A stretch of DNA of 64,000 bases from an uncultured Christensenellaceae bacterium (GCA_910587795.1 CAJUNH010000002.1:3346-67345), one strand, 5' to 3'. Positions 38,337 to 48,304 are shown, counted from the stretch's first letter. Notes: generated from the sequence alone by a model not told the origin. Made by a program: numbers and translations.

Positions 38337-39182
38337 CTAATCCGGATATAAACCTTGCGCCCTAAAACGGGACAATGCTTTACGCACCTCCTCCAAATCG
38401 GCGCGGTGAGTAATACCGTACCACTTATCTTTGCTTTGATACGCTTGTACCTCGGCTTTGCCCCGATTGACGGCGGAAAAGATTACGGACGGTAAAGTAA
38501 ATTCGTCGCTCTGCAAGTTTGCCGTATTCAAAAAGCCGTCAAACTCTGTTTGTAAGATATCGAACACGTCGCAGGTAAGACCCCAAATATTCATAGATAC
38601 AGCCGTAGACGGACTGAATCGTTCGCCCGTGGACAAACTTACGCAATCCTGCGTTATTTGGTACGTTTCTTTTATGCTAACCAATTTACCCTGCCGAATA
38701 TCGCATACGCCGCGCGTTACCGAGCCGTTTGCACTTACGGTATTGCCCAGAAGATAAGCTACCATAGAGTATTGCCCAGCCTGCGCCGAGGTAAGATGAT
38801 TGTAAATATCCAAATATGCGTTTTTGCCGTAATAATCGTCGGCATTGATAACGGCAAACGGTTCCTTTACCGTATCCTTACAGCACAGCACCGCATGCGC
38901 CGTACCGAAAGGCTTTGTTCTGCCCTTCGGAAGAAGGGACGTATCCTGCAAAACATACTCCGCTTTGACTTTATCCGCAATACGGTTGCCTACAAGACGT
39001 TTAAAGTCCTGCTCGATTTCCTTGCGGAGTATAAACACCACTTTATTAAAGCCCGCTTTAATTGCATCGTACACGGAAAAATCCAGCAGTCCCCTGCCGT
39101 CGTCCGTAACAGGCTGAGCTTGCTTTAAACCGCCGAACCGACTGCCCATGCCCGCAGCCATAACAACCAAGGTTATATTCAT
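38337..39182 (-). CDS. Sugar-phosphate nucleotidyltransferase family protein
   Basis: N-terminal LVVMAAGMGSRFGGLKQ (GxGxRxxxxxK pyrophosphorylase motif). Length 281 aa. Confidence 0.7.
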   Translation of the reverse strand: MNITLVVMAAGMGSRFGGLKQAQPVTDDGRGLLDFSVYDAIKAGFNKVVFILRKEIEQDFKRLVGNRIADKVKAEYVLQDTSLLPKGRTKPFGTAHAVLCCKDTVKEPFAVINADDYYGKNAYLDIYNHLTSAQAGQYSMVAYLLGNTVSANGSVTRGVCDIRQGKLVSIKETYQITQDCVSLSTGERFSPSTAVSMNIWGLTCDVFDILQTEFDGFLNTANLQSDEFTLPSVIFSAVNRGKAEVQAYQSKDKWYGITHRADLEEVRKALSRFRAQGLYPD

Positions 39183-39329
39183 AACTTACACTCCGCTTAA
39201 ACCGTTTAATAAATTTAAATTTTATATAGAATATTCGCTTTGTTAAAAAACAGTGAAAAGAAAAGAGCTGCGGTGACATTTAGACATCCCAACTCTCCGC
39301 CGTGCGCTTCTGCCGACCTACCGCTGCGG

Positions 39330-39734
39330 TTATTCTTCGGTTTTTTCCGTATCCGCCGCCGTTTTATCGGTTTTATCCGCCGTAACGTTGTTTTCGGTAG
39401 GTTCTTCCTGCTTAGGAGCGTCCTTTGCCAGCCCTACCACATCGTCTACGGGCAACGAAAAAGCAATACCCTGACCCTCGCTCTTTAAACCTGCCGAACG
39501 GTAAATTGCATGCAAAACGTCATCTTTAATTTCCACGGGGACAAGAATTAACACCATTTCCTTATCGGGCTGGATTGTGATATGAAAAAACTGTTCCGCT
39601 TCCTTATTTGCAGTGCCGCGGGCGTGAATTACCGTACCGCCGCGCGCGCCCACTTCCTTAGCCGCGTCCATGACCGTTTCGGAAAAACCTGCGTTTACTA
39701 TACACAAAATCATTTCAAACTTATTGCTTGCCAT
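39330..39734 (-). CDS. PII-like signal-transduction protein with an acidic C-terminal tail
   Basis: The beta-alpha-beta pattern parallels GlnB: ILCIVNAGFSETVMDAAKEVGARGGTV...MVLILVPVE...GQGIAFSLPVDDVVGL. AAGGAGG lies upstream. It overlaps the preceding gene by 14 nt. Confidence 0.6.
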   Translation of the reverse strand: MASNKFEMILCIVNAGFSETVMDAAKEVGARGGTVIHARGTANKEAEQFFHITIQPDKEMVLILVPVEIKDDVLHAIYRSAGLKSEGQGIAFSLPVDDVVGLAKDAPKQEEPTENNVTADKTDKTAADTEKTEE

Positions 39735-40191
39735 TGTTTGCCTCCTTAACGGTTTCGCGGTTATTGCTTAAAAAGCCGTAAATCAACACGCCTATTATAC
39801 TGGATATTCCAACCGTACACGCCACGCCTTTACCGCCCTTGATGGTATTAAATTTACTTTCCAAAGTCTGCATTGCGTCGGCAACTTTATTTTCCTGTAT
39901 TATACTGAAAATCACCGCTTTGTCGCTGTCGGTAAGCCCTAACAAGCCCAACATACTTTTATCCGCCGTACCTTGACCCAACAGCAGGCATTGCATATTA
40001 ACGTCGAAAGACTGTATCAAATCCAAATAAAACTCCGCCTTATTGCGGTTAATTATTGTAACAAGCAATTTTAAGCGGTTACTTGCCACAGTATTTTTAC
40101 TTTGCTGCGACAAATGGGACTTAACTTTTATTTTACTTTTGACGGCGGTTTTCGCCGATTGTACTTTATCTGTCAATTTTTTTTGAGCCAT
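39721..40191 (-). CDS. Second, divergent PII-like protein with a basic N-terminal extension and a hydrophobic C terminus
   Basis: LKLLVTIINRNKAEFYLDLIQS...AVIFSIIQ...GKGVACTVGISSIIG fits a PII-like fold. The protein ends in VLIYGFL. Confidence 0.5.
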   Translation of the reverse strand: MAQKKLTDKVQSAKTAVKSKIKVKSHLSQQSKNTVASNRLKLLVTIINRNKAEFYLDLIQSFDVNMQCLLLGQGTADKSMLGLLGLTDSDKAVIFSIIQENKVADAMQTLESKFNTIKGGKGVACTVGISSIIGVLIYGFLSNNRETVKEANNGKQ

Positions 40192-40203
40192 TTTGCCCCC
40201 GCG

Positions 40204-41748
40204 TTACTTAAAATAAATAATTTGCTCGTCGTCGGCGTTTATAATGCGCTTCATTGCTATATTGTGGCGTACCTTTGCCGACATAACCGCCTTAAAGCCC
40301 AAAGCTTGTATTGTAATAAGCGGCGTCATTGCCACCATTGCCACCACGCCGAAAGCGTCGGTTAAAATATTGTTTGGACTGCCCCCGTTTAACGTTACGC
40401 ACGCGCCTACTACCAACGGCAATATAAAACCGGACGTCAGCGGACCGCTGGCAACTCCGCCCGAGTCGAATGCGATTGCGGTGTATATCCTCGGTACAAA
40501 AAACGACAAACCGAGAGAGATAAGATAGCCGGGAATTAGATAGTAAAGTATGGAAAAATGGTATATCATACGTATTACCGACAGGCAAATAGATACGCCC
40601 ACCGCCAAAGACAGCGCAATAAGCATTTCTATCTTTTTTACTCCGCCGCCCGTAATTTCTTCTACCTGACGGTTTAATACGTGCACTGCCGGCTCGGCAA
40701 GCACAACCACCATACCGATACCGAAACCGAACGCCGCAAGCACCGCAGGGTGGAAAGCGGCTATACTTTGACCGAGTTTAAACCCGATAGGCATATAGCC
40801 AACTTCTACCGCCACCAAAAAGATTACCAAGCCGAAAAACGTGTACAAAATACCTATGCCTATTTGCATCATTTTTTTGCGCGGAAGTTTTAATACGGTA
40901 AACTGCAGCACCATAAAGAATATTACCACAAGACCCAACGCCAGCACTACGTTTTGCATTGTGTGCAAAATTTTACTGCCTATACCGTTTAAAGCCTCCT
41001 GTACGGTATCGTAATGCGCAAGCATATCTAAACTTTCCTGCGACATAGAACCGCTAGACGACATTGCTAAAATTACCACGGCAAGTATAGGACCGATAGA
41101 ACACATTGCAATAAGACCGAAGCTGTTTTCGTTGGCGTGACGTCCGCCGATAGTCGTTGCAATACCTACGCCTAGAGCCATAATAAAAGGCACGGTAATC
41201 GGTCCCGTAGTAACCCCGCCCGAATCGAACGACAGCGCCAAAAAGTTGTTTTTACCGCTGTCTATCAACAATGCCGCAAGCCCGAACAGCATAATATAGA
41301 AAAACATCAGCAAAGCAGACAGATTCTTTTTAAATATAATTTTAAGTACGGCAATAACCAAAAACAGACCTACGCCCACGCCCACAGTTACAATTAACGC
41401 GGTGTTGTCTATTACGTCGGCAACCTGTTCGGCAAGCACCGACAAGTCCGGCTCGGCAACGGTAATAAGCACGCCCATTACAAAGCAAACCGACAGCAGC
41501 ACGCCGACTTTTTTGGATTTGGTAAGCCCAGCGCCGACATGTTCGCCCATAGGCGTCATAGCAAGGTCTGCTCCCAAATTAAACAAACCTATGCCTATTA
41601 TCAAAAATACCGAACAAACGGCAAAAGTAACTTGCTCTACCCAGTTAAAGTCCGCTAACGGCGTAAAGGAAATTATCAGTACTATTACCGCAACGGGCAG
41701 CACCGAAATTACCGATTCCTTCAACTTTAACATTAGCGCTTTAAGCAT
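40204..41748 (-). CDS. DUF1538-type polytopic membrane protein with an internal duplication
   Basis: 514 aa and very hydrophobic. The repeated motifs are SFDSGGVTTGPITVPFIMALGVG and AFDSGGVASGPLTSGFILPLVVG. From memory, DUF1538 proteins are typically encoded beside PII-like genes. Confidence 0.6.
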   Translation of the reverse strand: MLKALMLKLKESVISVLPVAVIVLIISFTPLADFNWVEQVTFAVCSVFLIIGIGLFNLGADLAMTPMGEHVGAGLTKSKKVGVLLSVCFVMGVLITVAEPDLSVLAEQVADVIDNTALIVTVGVGVGLFLVIAVLKIIFKKNLSALLMFFYIMLFGLAALLIDSGKNNFLALSFDSGGVTTGPITVPFIMALGVGIATTIGGRHANENSFGLIAMCSIGPILAVVILAMSSSGSMSQESLDMLAHYDTVQEALNGIGSKILHTMQNVVLALGLVVIFFMVLQFTVLKLPRKKMMQIGIGILYTFFGLVIFLVAVEVGYMPIGFKLGQSIAAFHPAVLAAFGFGIGMVVVLAEPAVHVLNRQVEEITGGGVKKIEMLIALSLAVGVSICLSVIRMIYHFSILYYLIPGYLISLGLSFFVPRIYTAIAFDSGGVASGPLTSGFILPLVVGACVTLNGGSPNNILTDAFGVVAMVAMTPLITIQALGFKAVMSAKVRHNIAMKRIINADDEQIIYFK

Positions 41749-42019
41749 TTGTTTATCTCCGTAAATTTAAGCTTTTACAAATTAAATAAAACAATAATAC
41801 AAGCATATTGCCGCATAAAATATGCCAAAGACAAATGCTTACAAGTATTTATTATATAAGATTATATTATATTGCATATTTTAGTATATCACAAAAAATA
41901 CCTGTTCGCAAGTCTATATCACTTCGCAAAATGATTTTTATCGGTTATTTTGTTGATTTTTTTAGAAGAAATATAGTATAATCAAATTAAATTAAAACCC
42001 TGTTTTAAAGGAGATTAAT

Positions 42020-42568
42020 ATGAAGACAGCAATTCTTGTTGTAGATATGCTAAACGATTTTGTAACGGGCGCTTTAAAGTGCGACAGAGGACTTGCCATC
42101 GTCCCCAAAACCGCCGAATTGTTAAGCGGCGCGCGTAAAGCCGATATTCCCGTTATTTTTTGTAACGACGCCCACGTAAAAGGTATCGATCACGAGCTTA
42201 AACTGTGGGGCGACCACGCAATAGCCGGCACAAAAGGCGCGGAGGTAATACCCGAACTTAACCTGTGCGACAAGGATTACGTTGTTCCCAAACGCCGTTA
42301 CAGCGGATTTTTCCATACCGATTTAGACTTGCTTCTTAAAGAACTTGACGTAGACACCGTTGTAATGACGGGACTGCACACCCATATGTGCGTACGCCAC
42401 ACCACCGCAGACGCTTACTGCTTAGGCTACAACATAGTGGTTGCAAAAGACGCTACGGACTGCTTTACGCAGGAAGATTACGACTACGGCATTAAATACC
42501 TTGTAGGCACCTACGGCGCCGAAATTACCGACGTAGACAGTCTGCTTAAAAAATGGGGAGTAAAATAA
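42020..42568 (+). CDS. Isochorismatase-family cysteine hydrolase (nicotinamidase-like)
   Basis: Candidate catalytic triad: D in AILVVDMLNDF, K in VVPKRRYSGF and C in GLHTHMCVRH. AGGAGA lies upstream. Confidence 0.78.
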   Translation: MKTAILVVDMLNDFVTGALKCDRGLAIVPKTAELLSGARKADIPVIFCNDAHVKGIDHELKLWGDHAIAGTKGAEVIPELNLCDKDYVVPKRRYSGFFHTDLDLLLKELDVDTVVMTGLHTHMCVRHTTADAYCLGYNIVVAKDATDCFTQEDYDYGIKYLVGTYGAEITDVDSLLKKWGVK

Positions 42569-42583
42569 TAGAAAAAACAAAAT

Positions 42584-42625
42584 GAAAAAAATCGGGAGGT
42601 CCTTAACGGAGACCTCCCTTTTTTA
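42584..42625. terminator. Bidirectional terminator
   Basis: AAAAAAATC-GGGAGGTC-cttaacgga-GACCTCCC-TTTTTT between convergent genes. Confidence 0.75.
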
Positions 42626-42632
42626 TTAAATA

Positions 42633-43103
42633 TTATCTGTAAATATACACCGGTTGAGTATGGTCGCGCGTAGCTTCGCCTTTTACAAAATCGATTTCGT
42701 AACGGTGATAACGCGTAAACGTTTCTGCCGTGATTACGGCAATTTCTACAATACGCATTTCCGTATCGTGCTCGGCTACGTACTCGTCGTAGTTTAGGGA
42801 AAATTGCTTTTTCAACAGCTTGCGCAAAGCTGCGTTTTTAGCTTCCAACGGATGTCCCAAAGAACGCGCCGTGCCGTAAATGTTGTGCGAGCCGTGGCAC
42901 AAACCTACGCGGGGATTAACCGCTATATCGTGCATAAGCGAGTTGCTTGACTTGCTTAACACATAAAACTTGCCGTCGTTGTAGTACGTGTTTAAATCGC
43001 GTACCGATACGTTATTCTCCACGCACGAAGCCAAACACATTTCCACCACGTGACCGAAATTATCGTGCATTACTTCCTGCGCGCGCTTAAAACAATTATC
43101 CAT
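42633..43103 (-). CDS. Pyridoxamine 5'-phosphate oxidase-like (split-barrel) family protein
   Basis: 156 aa. The pattern ..VSVRDLNTYYNDGKFYVLSKSSNSLMHDIAVNPRVGL.. is typical of PNPOx-like proteins. GGGAGGG lies upstream. This was not verified by a search. Confidence 0.45.
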   Translation of the reverse strand: MDNCFKRAQEVMHDNFGHVVEMCLASCVENNVSVRDLNTYYNDGKFYVLSKSSNSLMHDIAVNPRVGLCHGSHNIYGTARSLGHPLEAKNAALRKLLKKQFSLNYDEYVAEHDTEMRIVEIAVITAETFTRYHRYEIDFVKGEATRDHTQPVYIYR

Positions 43104-43279
43104 AGATAAAACCCTCCCTATCTGTATAATATTGTATCAGTATTAACGGTTAAAGTCAATACCGAACTTTAAATGCGGCGCAAAAAAATTTTTACGCAAA
43201 ACGTAAATTGCCAAAAATTTTACTAGGATAAAAGCATAAAAGCGGCAAGATGCACTTGCCGCTTTTGCCGTTTATATTT

Positions 43280-46200
43280 TTACATTCTGTCCATTGTTAC
43301 GGGTTCGCCGTCGGCTTCCTGATAAATCAGCTGAGTAATTATACCGTTTTCGCCTGCAACTCCTTTAAGAGTAGCTTGCTTGCCGTCAATATTAAGTACA
43401 AAACCGTCGGCTTCGGTATACGATACTACGATAATATCCGCAGCCTCTACCTCGTTTATCATCACAAAAGCAAAACCGCTTTGCTCAATCGACAGCATAG
43501 AAGAAGTGTCCTCCGTAGAATAATCGCCGTAATACGCTTCGGGAATCGTTATGCTCGGCGCGGGGTCGGGGTTAGGTTCTTCTGTCTTGGTAAGTTCAGC
43601 AAACGTTTCGCCTTCGGCGTCCAACGTAACGGAAATACTTCCGCCGTATCCCTCTACAATTTCGCGCTGTTCGCCGTTAACAGTAATTACGGCAGCATAA
43701 TATTCGCCAAAGCCGCTGCGCTTTTCGATACGTACGATTTCGACATTTTGTTCAACGCCGTCGATTGACAATGTCACACTGTTGTTTGTTATTACCGCGC
43801 GGAATACCTTACCATCATTATTTCCTTCAAACGTGCCACGCAAAATTTCGGGAATTTCAACAATCGGTTCTACAGGATCCGGTTCGCTGCCGCCATTCTT
43901 AACCAACGTTACATAAACGTCTTTACCGCTGTCATAAGACGACATAAAGTAAATTTCTCCGTCTCCCAGCGACAAAGTATGTTCTTTGCCGTTATACAAA
44001 ACCGTCAGCACGTCGCCGTAGGGAGAACTTTCGAAGCCCGTCACTTCGGCGATAGACGTATGAGTGTTTCCTTCGCTTACGGCAGTTATTTCTATGCCGT
44101 CCGCGGAAATAACCACGGTAAAATCCGTTTCGATGTTTGTAGTCATCGAAGTGTTTTTACCCGTAAACGTACCGTGAAAGCTTTCGGGGATATCCGTTAT
44201 AACAGGTTTGTCGCCGTCGTCTAATGTCAGCTCCACTTCGATTAGCGTTCCGTTATCGTCAGTAAATTTAAGGTTATAGGAATAATAGTACTGCACGATA
44301 TATTCTCTGTCGCCCACAGCAAAAGTTAATTCCAAAGCGAGCTTTTCTTCAACTTTTAATGCTTTGCCGTCGTACGTATTAGTCCCTTCGCTGTTTTCCA
44401 CCACCATTTTAATAGAACTTTCCGTAATAATCAGGGTGTAATTTGCAGGCTCTTTGGACGTTCCCGTAAACGTACCGTGAAAATCCGTCGGGATTTCTAT
44501 ACCGGGCTCGGGGTCGGGCTGTTCGCCGCCGCCGTTACGCATAAGATTAACGTCTACGTCCTTGCCCGAAACGGAATAGTTAAAACCGTTTATTACGTCA
44601 AAGCCGTCATTGATTCCGTCGCCGTTAAAAATCATTAAGCTGACTTCGTCTTCGCCGACAGTTAAGGTAATCAGTTCAAACGCGCCTTCGCTAACCGTGT
44701 AATCCGTAACTACCGCTTTTATTTCCGCGCCGTTATCAACAGTGACATAAACGCCTGTTTCGTCAATTACAACAACGTACACGACGCCGTTGTCGTCCGT
44801 ACCCCTAAACGTACCGTAATACTTAGAAGGAATTTCTATGTTAGGTTGAGGGTCGGGCTGTTCAACGCGGTTCAACATTACATATAAAGAGTAATCTTCT
44901 TTTGCGAAAATAATTGTGGTTACAAACGTATCACCGCCGTTACTCGCAATATTGTACGCATCGCCGTTTAGTAAAAAGTCAATGCCGAAATCGTTTGGAA
45001 CGATACCGCTTACCGTTTGCAGTGCGCCGTCGATTTTAACGGTAATACTGTCTTTGCCGATAGTAACCTCGTATTTAACGCCGTTTTTTTCGCCCGCATA
45101 CGTGCCTACAAATCTATCGTTAATCGTAACGTCGCCAGGGTCGGGATCGGTTGTGCTTACTCTGTCTAAGTTTGCAGACTTACCGTTTTGCGAATAAACG
45201 GAAATCTTAGTATCGTCGTACCATTCGGAAATTTCGTACTCTACGCCGTCAATAACAACAATCAACGCAGTGTAACTGCCGAAATCTTCCATGCCCTTAA
45301 CTTCAACGTTTTGCTTTATGCCGTTAAACAAAATCGTCACGTCTCGGTCTGTAATTTCCGCGCGGATAGGCGTTCCGTCGTTTGCCGTACCTTCAAACGT
45401 ACCTTGAAGCGCCTCGGGAATTTTTACGGCGTTGGGGTCTACTCGTTCCAGCACCGCCAACAAATCAAGGTTGCCTTCGGCGTCCGCCTTGCACAGAGAG
45501 TAAGTCCCGTCGCCGTTTATAACAACCGCCATAAGCATGTCGTTAGTTACCGAATAAAACATCGCCGCTTGCTTGCCGTCTTCGGTTTCGATGACGCTAT
45601 TCAAGACAAGCGCCGTATTAAGCGCAAGTCCGCCGTCTGCAGCTTTTACTATAACGTACTTATCTGTAACGCGTAGAGTGCATTCCGTACCGTCGCCGCC
45701 CCGTCCTTCAAATTCGCCTATAAGCTCGTCGGGCAGTTTGTCCTCGCCCAAATTTGTAAAACGGTTGAGTGTAAATCCGCCCAAACGCGAGCCGTTTACA
45801 AATATTACAAGATACATTTGGTCTTGCGTCAAACCGTCCAGATCCAACCAAAGCGCATACGTCCAACCGCTAGAATCCATTGCGATAACTTCGCTGTATT
45901 CGTCGTAGGACAATACCGTAAGTTCCAACCCGTCCATCATTACGGAGTGGTCGAACACTTCCAACACAAGCAGTTTTTGGTCGTCGCCCTCGCCTACGGT
46001 TGCTGCCCACATACCCTTGTATCTTTCGGGGATGTCCACCGTTACTATATTAACATTGGTTACTACATACTGCACACGGTCGGCTTCGTTTTCCGGTTCG
46101 TTGTAAACAACAAGCTGCTTTTGGAACATATTTAAGATGTAGTACTTTTCGCCGTTGACAGTGCCCACAAACGTGCTGTTTGCAGCGCTGTACATTTCGA

Positions 46201-48304
46201 TTACAAATTGCTCGCCGTCTACAAGTATGCCATCCTCGCTTACTGCTACGGTGTGAGTTTTGTCTATACTTACGTATTCGCCTATGTAGTCGTCCAAAAC
46301 GCTGGAATATTCGATATTAGACGTGTCGATATCTATCGTTGTGTTGTTCGCGTCCGTAAAGGTCAACGTACGTTTTACCAACGCTCCGTATACGTAATAG
46401 CTGAATTCTACGGTATCGAGATTGCCTTCGGGGGATAACGTTACGGTTAAGTCCAACACGTAACTTAAATACAGTTTTTGGTTATCGCGGCCGTCCGCAA
46501 AATAGAAGGCGTAGTCTCCCGCATACTGCGAATCGCGCAGTACAAACTTATTGTTGTCCGCGCACTTAAACATTTCGGCATGGAAAGCGCCGTCCGTAAA
46601 CATAGCGCATACGGTTGCAAAGCTCTTGTCCGCAAGAGGATCCAACAACGTAAGCAAAGATGCGGTACTGTCGGTTGCAGGCTTGTAATCGAACGGATAT
46701 ACCGTTTCGTTAGTCCACCAGTATCCGGACTGCCAACCTTCGCAGTCGATATAAATCATGTCGTCGGTTACGTATATATTGTAATCCAAATCTTCGTAAC
46801 CGTCTTCCTCCTCGTGGACGCGCCAGGTATAGTTTTGCGCCGCCTTAGCGTTTGTTAAAGCCGCCTCAAGCCTTTCGTGATCGGCAGTTTTGGCATAAGG
46901 CAAAAAGTACGCCGGATCCACAACGGCTGTGCCGTGCTGACTTAAAACAAATTCGTAAGTGGATTTGCTTACAAACGTTTCGTCGTTTTCGTCGGGATGC
47001 ATTTCGGCTGATTCTATTGTAACTTCTACAACTTTGCCGCCGTCTATCTTAACTAAAAAATTATCTATCGTTTCCGTCCAGCCCGTAAAGTTGCTTGCCG
47101 CTTGTTTAGCTTTTGCCGCGTCCGTAAGTCTATATACGTTGGGCACGGCGGTTGCTTCAAAATCGTCAACCGTCAGCGTTTTAAAAGGATTGTCGTACAA
47201 GGCGTAATCCTCGGCAGACAGTTTATAGTCTACGGTATTTTCCTTTGTATGGTACGGCATAGCCAACTTACCGTCGCGGTTTACCAAAACGTCTTCGTAC
47301 AAAATTTCGCCCAAAGACGTGCTTTCCACCGTGGTTCTCTTGCCTTCGCCGAATACCGTTACGATTTTATTTAAAACCGCAGTACTGCCCGTTTCCGTAT
47401 GGATAGATTCGCCGTCGGCGCGGAAAGTGGTTTGTACGCTTGCCAAAGCCGCGGCAAGAGCGTCAAGCCGACCGTCTACCGTAAACTTAATGGCATTGCT
47501 TTCGGCAGACGCTGCGTATGCAGTATCGCCAGATACCGCCTTTACCGTAAGATTATACGTACCTGCGGCTGTTTCCGCAAAGGTATACGTACAATTCGTT
47601 ACGATTGCTTTCTTTGTGCCGTTAAGGTATATTTCGTAACCGGTGGCGTGTTCTACGGCAGTCCAGGTTACAACGTTGCCCTCGGCGGTAATTACGGGCG
47701 CCGTAAGCGTCTGTTCCGCACCCACGACAAAAGTCACTTCGTTGCTGGCGGCGGACGTTAAATATGCATTATCTGCCGACTTCGCTTTGACGGTAAGCGT
47801 ATACTTACCCGCTGCGGTTTCCGCAAAAGTATATGTACACTCGGTTACGTCGGCTTTTTTTGCACCGTTGACGTAAACCTCGTAGCCTGTGGCGTGTTCT
47901 ACCGCAGTCCAACTGACAATGCTGCCTTCCTTTGTAATTACGGGAGCTACAAGCGCTGCAGCACTTTTAGCGGTAAACGTAACGCTGAATACGGTATCCG
48001 CCGTAACCGTATGCGTATACGTGCCGTCTTTATCCGTTTGCTTATCCTCGCCGTTTACCTTAAACGCCGTAACTTCGTATCCGTCGTTAGGCGTTACTTT
48101 TACGGTAACGGTTGCGCCTTCTTCTATTTTTTCAGCAACGTTGCCTTTGCCGTCCCTAAGCTCTACAGTACCCCCCCCCGCGTCGTATTCCGCAGAGACA
48201 AGATAGAGGTTAGCTTTACAGGAAACAAACAACGCGCAGGAAAGCGCAACTACAAGCACTGCAATAAGAGTAACTAATAGTTTTCTGTTTAATACTCCTT
48301 TCAT
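43280..48304 (-). CDS. Giant surface lipoprotein (1674 aa), function unknown
   Basis: Lipobox LFVSC, with AAGGAGGAG upstream. The domain order is an N-terminal InlB-B-repeat-like module, two Fn3-like repeats, a 388-aa unique region, then ten repeats of about 100 aa separated by PDP-rich linkers. Confidence 0.75.
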   Translation of the reverse strand: MKGVLNRKLLVTLIAVLVVALSCALFVSCKANLYLVSAEYDAGGGTVELRDGKGNVAEKIEEGATVTVKVTPNDGYEVTAFKVNGEDKQTDKDGTYTHTVTADTVFSVTFTAKSAAALVAPVITKEGSIVSWTAVEHATGYEVYVNGAKKADVTECTYTFAETAAGKYTLTVKAKSADNAYLTSAASNEVTFVVGAEQTLTAPVITAEGNVVTWTAVEHATGYEIYLNGTKKAIVTNCTYTFAETAAGTYNLTVKAVSGDTAYAASAESNAIKFTVDGRLDALAAALASVQTTFRADGESIHTETGSTAVLNKIVTVFGEGKRTTVESTSLGEILYEDVLVNRDGKLAMPYHTKENTVDYKLSAEDYALYDNPFKTLTVDDFEATAVPNVYRLTDAAKAKQAASNFTGWTETIDNFLVKIDGGKVVEVTIESAEMHPDENDETFVSKSTYEFVLSQHGTAVVDPAYFLPYAKTADHERLEAALTNAKAAQNYTWRVHEEEDGYEDLDYNIYVTDDMIYIDCEGWQSGYWWTNETVYPFDYKPATDSTASLLTLLDPLADKSFATVCAMFTDGAFHAEMFKCADNNKFVLRDSQYAGDYAFYFADGRDNQKLYLSYVLDLTVTLSPEGNLDTVEFSYYVYGALVKRTLTFTDANNTTIDIDTSNIEYSSVLDDYIGEYVSIDKTHTVAVSEDGILVDGEQFVIEMYSAANSTFVGTVNGEKYYILNMFQKQLVVYNEPENEADRVQYVVTNVNIVTVDIPERYKGMWAATVGEGDDQKLLVLEVFDHSVMMDGLELTVLSYDEYSEVIAMDSSGWTYALWLDLDGLTQDQMYLVIFVNGSRLGGFTLNRFTNLGEDKLPDELIGEFEGRGGDGTECTLRVTDKYVIVKAADGGLALNTALVLNSVIETEDGKQAAMFYSVTNDMLMAVVINGDGTYSLCKADAEGNLDLLAVLERVDPNAVKIPEALQGTFEGTANDGTPIRAEITDRDVTILFNGIKQNVEVKGMEDFGSYTALIVVIDGVEYEISEWYDDTKISVYSQNGKSANLDRVSTTDPDPGDVTINDRFVGTYAGEKNGVKYEVTIGKDSITVKIDGALQTVSGIVPNDFGIDFLLNGDAYNIASNGGDTFVTTIIFAKEDYSLYVMLNRVEQPDPQPNIEIPSKYYGTFRGTDDNGVVYVVVIDETGVYVTVDNGAEIKAVVTDYTVSEGAFELITLTVGEDEVSLMIFNGDGINDGFDVINGFNYSVSGKDVDVNLMRNGGGEQPDPEPGIEIPTDFHGTFTGTSKEPANYTLIITESSIKMVVENSEGTNTYDGKALKVEEKLALELTFAVGDREYIVQYYYSYNLKFTDDNGTLIEVELTLDDGDKPVITDIPESFHGTFTGKNTSMTTNIETDFTVVISADGIEITAVSEGNTHTSIAEVTGFESSPYGDVLTVLYNGKEHTLSLGDGEIYFMSSYDSGKDVYVTLVKNGGSEPDPVEPIVEIPEILRGTFEGNNDGKVFRAVITNNSVTLSIDGVEQNVEIVRIEKRSGFGEYYAAVITVNGEQREIVEGYGGSISVTLDAEGETFAELTKTEEPNPDPAPSITIPEAYYGDYSTEDTSSMLSIEQSGFAFVMINEVEAADIIVVSYTEADGFVLNIDGKQATLKGVAGENGIITQLIYQEADGEPVTMDRM
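43283..46300 (-). repeat. Ten divergent protein-level repeats (87-113 aa each) inside the giant lipoprotein
   Basis: Units begin with (I/V)xIP(E/S/T)xxxGT(F/Y)xG and are often followed by linkers such as EQPDPQPN, GEQPDPEPG, SEPDPVEP and EEPNPDPAP. My residue count places them at aa 669-1674. Confidence 0.7.
47477..47947 (-). repeat. Tandem duplication of 246 bp encoding two Fn3-like modules
   Basis: APVITKEGSIVSWTAVEHATGYEVYVNGAKKADVTECTYTFAETAAGKYTLTVKA versus APVITAEGNVVTWTAVEHATGYEIYLNGTKKAIVTNCTYTFAETAAGTYNLTVKA. The antisense ORFs starting at 47643 and 47889 both begin MACSTAVQ, which shows the similarity also holds at DNA level. Confidence 0.8.
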
